Assembly: GCA_963677395.2 (NCBI GenBank)
Contig: OY781965.2
Span: forward strand, 1,022,330-1,086,329
Source: Bacteroidales bacterium
GTDB lineage: Bacteria; Bacteroidota; Bacteroidia; Bacteroidales; G963667975
DNA: 64,000 nt
Direction: 5' to 3'
In this document: piece by piece, positions 46,812 through 55,828 of the stretch
Layout of the letters: each line of letters opens with the position of its first letter
Position numbering within the stretch: position 1 is the first letter of the stretch
Notes under the pieces: generated by a model
The model's input: only the letters and a program-made list of their open reading frames with translations
Told to the model about the DNA's origin: nothing
The model's database searches: none
Position numbers and translations under genes: made by a program

Positions 46812-47768
46812 ATGCCAAACTATTTAGTAACTGGAGGAGCTGGTTTTATAGGCTCAAATCTTGTTGAAAGACTTTTAGACGAAGGTCATTATGTGCGTGT
46901 TTTAGATAATTTTTCAACAGGGAAAAGAGAAAATTTACTTCAATTTTCCAATAATCATAAGTTCGAGTTGCTTGAGGGTGATATACGTGATCTACATTAT
47001 TGCCAAACGGCTTGTAAAGATATTGATTATGTACTACATGAAGCTGCATTGGGTTCTGTTCCTCGTTCAATTGCAGAGCCAATTAACTCAAATGCAAATA
47101 ATGTAGACGGAACATTAAATATGCTTGTTGCTGCAAAAGATGCGAAAATTAAACGATTTGTATGTGCCAGTTCTTCTTCAGTTTATGGTAACCCTTCGGA
47201 TATTTCACCAGATACTCCTAGAAATGAGGATATGAGAGAAGGCCCTTTGTCTCCATATGCTATTACAAAGTTTGCAATGGAGTTATATGCGCGTAGATTT
47301 TATTCAATATATGGATTAGAAACAGTAGTGTTGAGATATTTTAATGTTTTTGGTCGTCGTCAAAATCCTTATTCGCAATATGCAGCAGTAATTCCATTAT
47401 TTGTAAGTAAATTACTTAAGGATGAGCCAATTACTATTTTTGGAGATGGGGAGACAAGCAGAGATTTTTCGTATGTGGAAAATGTGATCCATGCAAATTT
47501 ATTAGCTTGCATGGCTCCTAAAGAAGCTGCTGGTCAGGTATTTAATATTGCTTGTGGCCAAAGAGTAACCTTGAATCAAATGTATTTTAAAATAAGTCAG
47601 TTATTGGGAAAGGGTATTAAACCTAATTATACAAATGAACGTGCCGGAGATATAAAGCATTCTTTGGCTAATATTTCGAAAGCTCAACGTGTATTAGGAT
47701 ATATGCCTCTTTATCAGTTTGGTGAAGGGATTGAACAAACCATTGAATGGTATAAAACCAACCTCTAG
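46812..47768 (+). CDS. NAD-dependent nucleotide-sugar epimerase/dehydratase (WbpP/TviC-like UDP-HexNAc(A) 4-epimerase type)
   Basis: 318 aa SDR. GGAGFIGSN Rossmann motif, catalytic SPYAITK (YxxxK), NFSTGKRENL typical of the WbpP/CapD-like subgroup (from memory). Confidence 0.8.
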   Translation: MPNYLVTGGAGFIGSNLVERLLDEGHYVRVLDNFSTGKRENLLQFSNNHKFELLEGDIRDLHYCQTACKDIDYVLHEAALGSVPRSIAEPINSNANNVDGTLNMLVAAKDAKIKRFVCASSSSVYGNPSDISPDTPRNEDMREGPLSPYAITKFAMELYARRFYSIYGLETVVLRYFNVFGRRQNPYSQYAAVIPLFVSKLLKDEPITIFGDGETSRDFSYVENVIHANLLACMAPKEAAGQVFNIACGQRVTLNQMYFKISQLLGKGIKPNYTNERAGDIKHSLANISKAQRVLGYMPLYQFGEGIEQTIEWYKTNL

Positions 47769-47770
47769 CC

Positions 47771-49720
47771 ATGTGTGGAATAGCCGGAATATATAATATA
47801 GACAAAGAGCCTGTTTCCGTTGAAAAGTTACTGGCGATGACACGGGTAATCCGGCATCGTGGACCAGATGATGAGGGTTTTCTGGTGGCAAATCCCCAGA
47901 AAAATCTTTTTCAACACGCTCATCATGATGAAACCATTACCAAGATAAAAGCGGTAACACCTCAACTGGAGCAAACCGAACCGGGATACCTATGCTTTGG
48001 TTTTCGCCGCTTGTCAATCCTCGATTTATCACCCAAAGGTCATCAACCTATGTGTGATGAAGATTCGGGAAACTGGATTGTATTCAATGGTGAAATCTTC
48101 AATTATATCGAAATTCGTGAAGAGTTGAAAAAGAATGGGTTCCAATTTAGAAGCGGAACGGATACTGAAGTAATTTTGAAAGCATATCGTTTTTGGGGTG
48201 AAGCTTGTTTGTCGTGGTTTAACGGAATGTGGTCGTTTTCACTTTGGGATCAGCAGAAACAACGTCTTTTCTGTGCTCGCGACCGTTTCGGTGTAAAGCC
48301 TTTTTTCTATTCATTTGATGGTAAAACGTTTGCCTGGGGGTCGGAAGTAAAACAATTGCTCGAAATCGGACTAAGCCGTGAAGTGAATGAAGAGGTGATT
48401 TTTAAAAGCTTGAAGATAGGATCGTATTTGATAAACAGTAATAACAGTTACTTTAAATCTGTAAAAATTCTACCTCATTCACATTACCTTATTGCTGATG
48501 AAACGGGTATCGAAATAAAACCTTATTACGATTTGGATTTTACAAGTTTTGAAACTTCAAAACTTAGCTTTGGAGAGGCATGCGAAGCCTATAGGGAACT
48601 TTTTGCCGACGCTGTGAAACTTAGAATGCGCAGCGATGTTGAGGTAGGAAGTGCTTTGAGTGGAGGTCTTGATTCTTCTGCAATTGTTTCGCTGGCGTCG
48701 GGTTATACTTCTCAGAAATTCAAAACCTTTTCGTCATATTATAATGTTGAACCACAATATGATGAACGCAAATGGATTCATCTGGTAGCTGAGAAAACCG
48801 GTGTGGAGGATCATTATGTTTCAGCAGGTGCAGAACAAGTTTTGCACGATTTGGAAACTATTACGTGGCATCATGACTATCCGGTATTAGGTTCAAGTCC
48901 GATTGCCCAGTATTATGTGATGCAGCTTGCTCGTAAAGAAAATGTTACGGTAATGCTGGATGGACAGGGAAGCGATGAAATTACGGGTGGATATAATCAT
49001 GCGTTTTATCGGTATTATGCTGATTTACTTCGCCAGTGTAAATGGGGTCGCTTTGCTAAGGAGTATCCTGATTATGTGAAATATAACCCCAAAGGTGGAT
49101 TATTTGCCAAATTGGTAAAACTCATGGCTGTTTCACTTTTAAGCGAGTCACGTCTGTATAAGGTAGAAGCAAAACGCAATCTGATAAATCCTACAACTTT
49201 GATTTACAATGATTATTCGATATTTGATAATATCAAAGATTTACCAGTGGGTAAACTATCGAATTTTCTCTATAATCAAATGATGTCCACTTCTATTCAA
49301 ACATTACTGCATTTTGAGGATCGTAATTCGATGGCTCATTCAGTGGAAAGCCGCGTGCCGTTTCTCGATTATCGTTTTGTAGAATTTGCTTTTTCGCTAC
49401 CCTCTCATTATAAAATCCATAAGAATTTTGGAAAATACATTCATCGAGAAGCGTTGAAAACAGTAGTTCCCAAAGAAATTATGGAGAGGAAAGATAAAAT
49501 TGGGTTTTTGGCTCCCGGTGAACGTTTCTGGATGCGTGGAGAGATGAAACCGATGATTGATAGTTTGTTTCATTCTGCCGAATTCAAAAACAGAAGCATC
49601 TTTAATCAAAAGCTTATTTTGGAGAAATGGAATGAATATCAGGCTGGAAACGATAAAAATGCATCACTTTTATGGCAGGTGATGGCTCTTGAACTTTGGT
49701 TCCGTAAATTTGCAAGCTAA
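47771..49720 (+). CDS. Asparagine synthase-family glutamine amidotransferase (AsnB/WbpS-like)
   Basis: 649 aa. N-terminal nucleophile MCGIAG and PP-loop ALSGGLDSS. Starts 2 nt after the epimerase stop. Confidence 0.85.
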   Translation: MCGIAGIYNIDKEPVSVEKLLAMTRVIRHRGPDDEGFLVANPQKNLFQHAHHDETITKIKAVTPQLEQTEPGYLCFGFRRLSILDLSPKGHQPMCDEDSGNWIVFNGEIFNYIEIREELKKNGFQFRSGTDTEVILKAYRFWGEACLSWFNGMWSFSLWDQQKQRLFCARDRFGVKPFFYSFDGKTFAWGSEVKQLLEIGLSREVNEEVIFKSLKIGSYLINSNNSYFKSVKILPHSHYLIADETGIEIKPYYDLDFTSFETSKLSFGEACEAYRELFADAVKLRMRSDVEVGSALSGGLDSSAIVSLASGYTSQKFKTFSSYYNVEPQYDERKWIHLVAEKTGVEDHYVSAGAEQVLHDLETITWHHDYPVLGSSPIAQYYVMQLARKENVTVMLDGQGSDEITGGYNHAFYRYYADLLRQCKWGRFAKEYPDYVKYNPKGGLFAKLVKLMAVSLLSESRLYKVEAKRNLINPTTLIYNDYSIFDNIKDLPVGKLSNFLYNQMMSTSIQTLLHFEDRNSMAHSVESRVPFLDYRFVEFAFSLPSHYKIHKNFGKYIHREALKTVVPKEIMERKDKIGFLAPGERFWMRGEMKPMIDSLFHSAEFKNRSIFNQKLILEKWNEYQAGNDKNASLLWQVMALELWFRKFAS

Positions 49721-49769
49721 TTTTCAAATCGCATTTCTGTAATGCAGAAATCATTAAAATATATTGATT

Positions 49770-50555
49770 ATGAAAGGATTGATTCGTTTTTTTTTAAACC
49801 ATATACCCCGAAAATATCTACAGCTGTTCAGCCATTTTGGAGCCAGAGTATTAGGTTTGCTATACATGGGAAATAAAGTTGAATGCCCAGTATGCGGTCA
49901 TCGCTATAAAAAGTTTTTACCGTATGGATATGTAAGTCAACGGGAAAATGCATTGTGTCCACATTGCTTATCGTTGGAGCGTCATCGTTTAATGTGGCTC
50001 TGGCTAAAAGAAAAGAGCGATTTTTTTACTGCCAATCATAAAGTATTGCATGTAGCACCGGAATATGCTTTTCTGAAACGATTTGAAAAGTTTTCAAATC
50101 TTGATTATATCACTGCTGATCTTGAATCACCTTTGGCTAAAGTAAAGATGGATATTCAGAAAATTCCGTTTCCGGAAAACAGTTTTGATGTTATTTTCTG
50201 CAATCATATTTTGGAACATGTGGACGATTATCAGTTGGCACTACGTGAAATATATCGTGTTATGAAACCGGGAGGCTGGGGAATTATTCAGTCACCGATT
50301 AATGTAAAGCGAGAGGCCACGTTTGAAGATAAATCCATCGTAACACACGAGGAACGGATTAAAGCTTTTGGCCAATATGACCATGTTCGTGAATTTGGAT
50401 TGGATTATGCCGAACGATTGGGTGAATGTGGCTTTCTCGTAAGTATTGAAAAACTTGTGGAAGAAATTGGAAATGAAAAAATTGCCCGTTATGGTTTATT
50501 ATCCTATGATGCAATTTCAGCCGAAGAGTATCTTTATGTAGTTCATAAGAATTAA
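49770..50555 (+). CDS. Class I SAM-dependent methyltransferase with an N-terminal 4-Cys zinc-ribbon
   Basis: CPVCGH...CPHCLS, then VLHVAPE and FDVIFCNHILEHV, VMKPGG. Confidence 0.7.
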   Translation: MKGLIRFFLNHIPRKYLQLFSHFGARVLGLLYMGNKVECPVCGHRYKKFLPYGYVSQRENALCPHCLSLERHRLMWLWLKEKSDFFTANHKVLHVAPEYAFLKRFEKFSNLDYITADLESPLAKVKMDIQKIPFPENSFDVIFCNHILEHVDDYQLALREIYRVMKPGGWGIIQSPINVKREATFEDKSIVTHEERIKAFGQYDHVREFGLDYAERLGECGFLVSIEKLVEEIGNEKIARYGLLSYDAISAEEYLYVVHKN

Positions 50556-51002
50556 TCTGTCGGAAATAAGATTTGTAGTTGCTTCATGCCTTTTTCGGGG
50601 AAGAAATGGCCTTTTTTGCGAATGATAAATTTAAGCCTTTCTGAAGATAAATCTCGAAGTAGAAAACTATATCTTGATAGAATTTCTTGGATATATTTAG
50701 TTGGGTCAAGTTGTGACTTAAGACATTTTTTATTTGTAACATGTTGATTGAGAATTATTTTGTATATTGTAATGTTTTTGGGAAGCAAAATTGTTGCTAA
50801 CATTATTTAGCTTATGAAAAATAATTTGGCGATAGAATACTCCCGGGTGGTTGAAAAAATATAGTTGGAAACCACGGGTGAATATTCTGACGAATCAGAA
50901 GTAATCCTGAAAGCATGCCGGAGGAATTTTTCTTGAACAAACTCTATTCCGGGTTGTTTGATTAATAACAAAACAAAAGTATTCATCAAAAAATAAAACA
51001 AT

Positions 51003-51578
51003 ATGTCATTTGAATTACCAAAACTGCCGTATGCAATGGATGGATTGCAACCATATATTTCTGTGAAAACACTTGAATATCACTATGGTAAACATCATCA
51101 AGCGTATGTTGACAATCTGAATAAATTAGTACCGGGAACTGCTTTTGAAGGCGCAAGTCTTGAGGATATAATCAAAAAAGCTGATGGCGGAATTTTTAAC
51201 AATGGTGCTCAGGTATGGAATCACACCTTTTACTGGAAATGCCTGAATCCTAAAGGTGGTGGAGATCCGAAAGGGAATCTTGGTGATGCTATCAAAAAAG
51301 AGTTTGGCTCTTATGAAGAGTTCAAGCAAAAATTCACCAATGCTGGATTGACTTTGTTTGGATCAGGTTGGGCATGGCTGGTTAAGAATGAAGAAGGTAA
51401 ACTACAAATTATTCAGGAAAGCAATGCCGGAAATCCACTTCGTAATGGTTTAACTCCACTGTTGACGCTTGATGTTTGGGAACACGCTTACTATCTTGAT
51501 CAACAAAATCGTCGTGGTGATTACATATCTGCCTTTTGGAGCTTGGTTGATTGGAATGCTGTTTCAGACAGATTCTAA
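51003..51578 (+). CDS. sodB: Fe/Mn superoxide dismutase
   Basis: 191 aa. LPKLPYAMDGLQPYIS, HYGKHH, LDVWEHAYYLD. Confidence 0.92.
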   Translation: MSFELPKLPYAMDGLQPYISVKTLEYHYGKHHQAYVDNLNKLVPGTAFEGASLEDIIKKADGGIFNNGAQVWNHTFYWKCLNPKGGGDPKGNLGDAIKKEFGSYEEFKQKFTNAGLTLFGSGWAWLVKNEEGKLQIIQESNAGNPLRNGLTPLLTLDVWEHAYYLDQQNRRGDYISAFWSLVDWNAVSDRF

Positions 51579-51597
51579 TAATTGAAATTAAGAGAAT

Positions 51598-51630
51598 AAA
51601 AAGGGGCTGTTCAATACAGCCCCTTTTTTA
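51598..51630. terminator. Bidirectional rho-independent terminator
   Basis: aaaaaggggctg ttcaata cagcccctttttt between convergent sodB and glnA. Confidence 0.8.
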
Positions 51631-51650
51631 TTTCGTGAGAAAAAACGTGA

Positions 51651-53153
51651 TTAACCGCAGTGGAAGTAATTGCGAACCAGCTGCATGATTTTTTCTTTAT
51701 TGCAATGTATTTCTTCACGTAAACTTTGATCGTTATAAGCTTTTAGTTTTTTAATAAATCCATCGATAGTTGCAGGGTGGAACACACCGTACTTTTCGTA
51801 GATTTCGCGCTGGCGGGTCAACTGTTCGGCAGAATCCCAGCAAGAAGCGGGCAAATGCTCCAGATTTTCCGTTATAGATTTATGTTCTTCGTGGAAGATA
51901 TTTACATCCACATAAGTTTTTTTGGCAAACTCGAGAGCGTTTTCCATTTCGAAACCATGACGAGCTGCAACCGTTAGTCCAGCAAGCAACAGATAAATAT
52001 CGGCAGAGCCATCCGGACAACGGAATTCAACAGTTTGTTTGTATGAAAAATCAGTTTCAACAGTCCCTTCGAGAGGATTTGCATCATGGAGCATGTTTTT
52101 ATTGCCGCTCCATCCCAGTGGAACGCGTACCAGAACGGAACGATTACGATCGCCCCAGCAAATGTTGGTTGGTGCTTCCTGATGCGGTACAAGGCGGAAA
52201 TATGAGGTAGGATTAGTGTTGCCAAATGCTGTTAATGAAGGTGCTAATGTTAAGAATCCGGCAATAGCTTTATGAGCATTTTCGTTCAGTTTGCCATTGT
52301 TGACGTATGCATTTTTCCCATCTCTCATTAAACGAGTATGAACGTGCATGCCACTTCCTGCCTTGCCTGCAGTGATTTTTGGTGCAAAAGTTACGCTTAC
52401 ATCATAGCGATGAGCCAATGTGCGCATAATCCATTTTGCAATCATCAACTGGTCAGCAGCATCTTCAAGATTCGTTGGAAGAAATTCTATTTCGTTTTGC
52501 TCATACAGTATGCCATCATGAACAAAGTTTCCAACCTCTGAATGTCCGTATTTGATTAAGCCTCCGGTTTGGGCAATCATTTGCATTGCTTCTACACGGT
52601 ACATTTCCCATTTATTGAAAGGAGTTGATTCGTGATAACCTTTTTGATCGGTAGCTTTAAAAAGTTCTTCTTCTTCGCTGATGATATAATATTCAAGCTC
52701 TCCCATTACTTCAAAGTCAAAACCAGTAACTTCTTTCAGGGCTTTGTGAGCTTTGCGAAGAGTGTAATCCGGGGCTGTTTCGAGCGGATTTCCATCTTTA
52801 TCATAATACGAACAAAGGATATCCATCGTAGGAATATCGCTGAACGGATTAATAAAAGCTGTGCGATAACGTGGAATTATATATAGGTCGCTAGATCCAG
52901 CTTCAATATGAGGAAAAAGACTTGAACCATCTACTCGTTCGCCAGAACTTAATATGGTATCAAGATGCTCTTTGCTGTTGATAATAAAATTTAAGGTTTT
53001 TAAACGCCCGTCTCCTCCGGCATATCGGAGATTAATCATTTCGATTCCGTTTTCTTCGATATATTTGATCAAATCAGCCTTTGTAAATTCAATAGCGGGT
53101 TTGTTCAGGTAACGGATCAGGGGATTTGGGTTTAATCTAACCTGGTCGTTCAT
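51651..53153 (-). CDS. glnA: Glutamine synthetase (about 500-aa form)
   Basis: GS catalytic domain with KAGSGMHVHTRL. The ATG at 53153 is preferred because the track start at 53222 lies upstream of the -7 box at 53186-53193. Confidence 0.8.
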   Translation of the reverse strand: MNDQVRLNPNPLIRYLNKPAIEFTKADLIKYIEENGIEMINLRYAGGDGRLKTLNFIINSKEHLDTILSSGERVDGSSLFPHIEAGSSDLYIIPRYRTAFINPFSDIPTMDILCSYYDKDGNPLETAPDYTLRKAHKALKEVTGFDFEVMGELEYYIISEEEELFKATDQKGYHESTPFNKWEMYRVEAMQMIAQTGGLIKYGHSEVGNFVHDGILYEQNEIEFLPTNLEDAADQLMIAKWIMRTLAHRYDVSVTFAPKITAGKAGSGMHVHTRLMRDGKNAYVNNGKLNENAHKAIAGFLTLAPSLTAFGNTNPTSYFRLVPHQEAPTNICWGDRNRSVLVRVPLGWSGNKNMLHDANPLEGTVETDFSYKQTVEFRCPDGSADIYLLLAGLTVAARHGFEMENALEFAKKTYVDVNIFHEEHKSITENLEHLPASCWDSAEQLTRQREIYEKYGVFHPATIDGFIKKLKAYNDQSLREEIHCNKEKIMQLVRNYFHCG

Positions 53154-53185
53154 AGTTTTCTTGTTTTTTAATGGGTAAAAGTGAC

Positions 53186-53193
53186 CAAAGGTA
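53186..53193 (-). promoter_or_regulatory. -7 promoter box (TACCTTTG) for glnA
   Basis: TAnnTTTG on the minus strand, 33 nt upstream of the ATG at 53153. Confidence 0.45.
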
Positions 53194-53322
53194 CGAAAAT
53201 AGTATTTCGTGCATCTGCTCATTCTCCTAACGTATCGTTAAAAAAACCTTAGCTGAATGATAAAAATGGATTATTCTTACATGTCTGAGCAGTTATAGAT
53301 ATACACATAAGTCATTTTACCC

Positions 53323-53330
53323 TATTTTTG
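53323..53330 (+). promoter_or_regulatory. -7 promoter box (TATTTTTG) for the acyltransferase operon
   Basis: TAnnTTTG ends 2 nt before the ATG at 53333. Translation may instead start at the ATG at 53351, or the mRNA is leaderless. Confidence 0.35.
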
Positions 53331-53332
53331 TA

Positions 53333-54223
53333 ATGGAAACTTGGGACAAAATGATTGAAAATAGATCTGATAACTATCAATTACCGGAAATAGGAGAAAA
53401 ATTTATTGACCTTGAAAAGGTAATTTCTTCTAAAAACCCTCATCTTCTTAAAATTATTCCTGGTTTTATCATTCGTTATCTGAAAAGGATTACACACATA
53501 GATCAGGTAAATAAAGCGATATACGAAAACCGTCATAAAGTTGGGATAGATTTTGTAAAGGCTATTTTGAACGATTTTGGAGCAACCGTTCATTCTGTCA
53601 ATCTGGAATTGGTGCCTAAAACCGGGCGTTTTTTAATTGCTTCAAATCACCCGTTAGGCGGTCCTGATGGAATGGCATTGATAAGTGAAGTTGGAAAGGT
53701 TCGGAATGATATTTTGTTTCCTGTAAATGACATATTGCTTTATCTGCCAAATTTAAAACCATTGTTTATCCCTGTAAATAAACATGGAAGCAACAGTTCG
53801 AATGTTCGCTTGTTTGATCAAGCATTTGCTTCAGAAAATATGATCCTTTACTTTCCTGCTGGGTTGGTTTCCAGAAAGCAAAAAGGAATTATTAAAGATC
53901 TTGATTGGAAAAAAACATTTATTGCAAAAGCTAAAAAACATCAACGGGATATTATTCCGGTTCATATTGATGGATATAACTCTGGTTTTTTTTATAATTT
54001 GGCAAATCTGCGAAAAAAACTTGGCATTAAAGCCAATATAGAAATGCTATATCTTGTAGATGAGATGTATAAACAGTGCGATAAAAAGATCACAATTACC
54101 TTTGGCAAACCTATCCCATTTAGTACCTTTGATAAGCGGTTTTCTGACAGCGAATGGGCAGGAAAGGTGAAAGAATATGTGTATCAGCTTGCAGAAAATC
54201 CAAACGTTTCTTTTAACTATTAA
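53333..54223 (+). CDS. PlsC-family lysolipid O-acyltransferase (GlsA/OlsA-like)
   Basis: 296 aa. Acyltransferase motif ASNHPLGGPDG and later FPAGLVSR. Paired with the N-acyltransferase gene downstream. Confidence 0.7.
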   Translation: METWDKMIENRSDNYQLPEIGEKFIDLEKVISSKNPHLLKIIPGFIIRYLKRITHIDQVNKAIYENRHKVGIDFVKAILNDFGATVHSVNLELVPKTGRFLIASNHPLGGPDGMALISEVGKVRNDILFPVNDILLYLPNLKPLFIPVNKHGSNSSNVRLFDQAFASENMILYFPAGLVSRKQKGIIKDLDWKKTFIAKAKKHQRDIIPVHIDGYNSGFFYNLANLRKKLGIKANIEMLYLVDEMYKQCDKKITITFGKPIPFSTFDKRFSDSEWAGKVKEYVYQLAENPNVSFNY

Positions 54224-54234
54224 TAATCTGAGTA

Positions 54235-55173
54235 ATGGAAAACATAATTGCCCCCATTGATCGAGAACTTATTGTAAACGAACTAAATCAGGATAGATTT
54301 CTTCGTAAAACCAACTATGGAAATAAAGAAATCTATATTGTAACTGCTCAAGATTCGTCAAATACAATGCGCGAAATTGGTCGTTTACGTGAAATAAGCT
54401 TTCGTGACGCGGGCGGAGGCTCTGGGCTAGATTGTGACTTAGATAAATATGATATTTCTGAAAAACCATATAAACAGCTCATAGTTTGGGATCCGACTGA
54501 ACAGGAAATTGTGGGTGGTTATCGTTTTATAGATGGGTGTAATATAGGAAAAGATGATGATGGGACTCCTGCAAGTGCCACAGCAAAACTATTCCATTTT
54601 GGAGAGGAATTTGTAGAAAAATATCTTCCGATTACCATAGAATTAGGCAGAAGCTTTGTTCAACCCAAATATCAACCCACATTTAATATTCGTAAAGGAA
54701 TGTTTTCGTTAGATAATTTGTGGGATGGCTTAGGAGCTTTAACTATTGATTACCCGAGTATTAAGTATTTTTTTGGCAAAATAACGATGTATCCTAGTTT
54801 CAATGTAACAGCCCGCGACTGCATTCTTTTCTTCATGCAAAAGTATTTCCCTGATGAGAAAAAAATGGTATATCCTCATGAAGCAGTACATGTTGTTACT
54901 TCAACAGAGGAGTTGAATGCCATATTTACAGGAAATAGCTATGATGAAGATTATAAAATTCTGGTAAAAACAGTACGTCAGTTGGGTGAATCGATTCCTC
55001 CATTGGTAAATGCGTATATGAATCTTTCTTCCACTATGAAGATGTTTGGAACAGCGATTAATCGTACATTTGGCGAAGTAGAAGAAACCGGAATTTTGGT
55101 TAACATTGATGATATTTACGAAACGAAGAAACATCGGCATATTTCTACCTATCAACCTAAAACTGGTAAATAG
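54235..55173 (+). CDS. GNAT-fold amino-acid N-acyltransferase (GlsB/OlsB-like, hemolysin-type)
   Basis: 312 aa. GRLREISFRDAGGGSGLDCDLDKYD matches the OlsB-like N-acyltransferase pattern as I remember it. Confidence 0.65.
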   Translation: MENIIAPIDRELIVNELNQDRFLRKTNYGNKEIYIVTAQDSSNTMREIGRLREISFRDAGGGSGLDCDLDKYDISEKPYKQLIVWDPTEQEIVGGYRFIDGCNIGKDDDGTPASATAKLFHFGEEFVEKYLPITIELGRSFVQPKYQPTFNIRKGMFSLDNLWDGLGALTIDYPSIKYFFGKITMYPSFNVTARDCILFFMQKYFPDEKKMVYPHEAVHVVTSTEELNAIFTGNSYDEDYKILVKTVRQLGESIPPLVNAYMNLSSTMKMFGTAINRTFGEVEETGILVNIDDIYETKKHRHISTYQPKTGK

Positions 55174-55175
55174 TG

Positions 55176-55790
55176 ATGGAAATAACCAATGCAGAATTTA
55201 TTGTAAGTAATACACAATACAAAAAGTGTCCAAAACCGGAAGTGCCTGAATTTGCATTTATCGGTCGCTCAAATGTTGGAAAATCATCTTTGATTAATAC
55301 GCTTGTAAATAAACCAGGGCTTGCCAAAACTTCATCACGACCAGGAAAAACACAGTTAATCAATCATTTTTCGATAAATAATAAGTTGTGGTATCTGGTT
55401 GATTTGCCAGGTTATGGATATGCAAGAGTATCGAAATCAAGCAGAGCAAAATGGGCTGATATGATTGATGGATACTTGTTAAATCGTAAAAACCTGATTT
55501 GTACTTTTGTGTTAATTGACAGTAGGATCGATCCACAACATAATGATTTAGACTTTATTCATTGGTTGGGAACTAATGGAGTGCCGTTTGTGTTAGTGTT
55601 TACAAAGATTGATAAACTGTCAGGGAGTGAATTGCCTCGTCAAATTGAAAAGTATAAGAAGAAACTGAAGGAAGAATGGGAGGAGTTACCCCGGATTTTT
55701 GCCACATCTGCAAAGCATCTAAAGGGCAAAAACGAAATACTTGGTTTTATAGAAGAAAACGTAATGAACTTTACAGAGATCCCTGAATAA
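55176..55790 (+). CDS. engB: Ribosome biogenesis GTPase YihA/EngB
   Basis: G1 GRSNVGKSS, G3 DLPGYG, G4 TKIDK. The ATG at 55176 follows the GTG at 55173 used by the track. Confidence 0.88.
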   Translation: MEITNAEFIVSNTQYKKCPKPEVPEFAFIGRSNVGKSSLINTLVNKPGLAKTSSRPGKTQLINHFSINNKLWYLVDLPGYGYARVSKSSRAKWADMIDGYLLNRKNLICTFVLIDSRIDPQHNDLDFIHWLGTNGVPFVLVFTKIDKLSGSELPRQIEKYKKKLKEEWEELPRIFATSAKHLKGKNEILGFIEENVMNFTEIPE

Positions 55791-55822
55791 AAAAAGTCAG
55801 GTCTTTCGAACCTGACTTTTTT
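55790..55822. terminator. Bidirectional rho-independent terminator
   Basis: aaaaaagtcaggt ctttcga acctgactttttt between convergent engB and the biotin carrier gene. Confidence 0.8.
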
Positions 55823-55828
55823 GTAAGC

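Noticed and set aside
49733-49751. A 7-bp hairpin atttctg taatg cagaaat just after the asnB-like stop, possibly a terminator.
   Set aside because: The stem is short and AT-rich with no T-run, and the next methyltransferase gene starts 19 nt later and probably belongs to the same operon.
50552-51001. Two minus-strand ORFs (83 and 64 aa) lie in the same frame and are separated only by a TAA at 50807-50809 plus one codon. This could be a nonsense-disrupted 148-aa gene divergent from sodB.
   Set aside because: I could see no recognisable domain. The putative start would sit 1 nt from the sodB ATG and leave no room for a sodB promoter, and I found no -7 box in front of it. It is more likely chance ORFs in a 447-bp AT-rich regulatory gap. 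tBLASTN against relatives could reopen the question.
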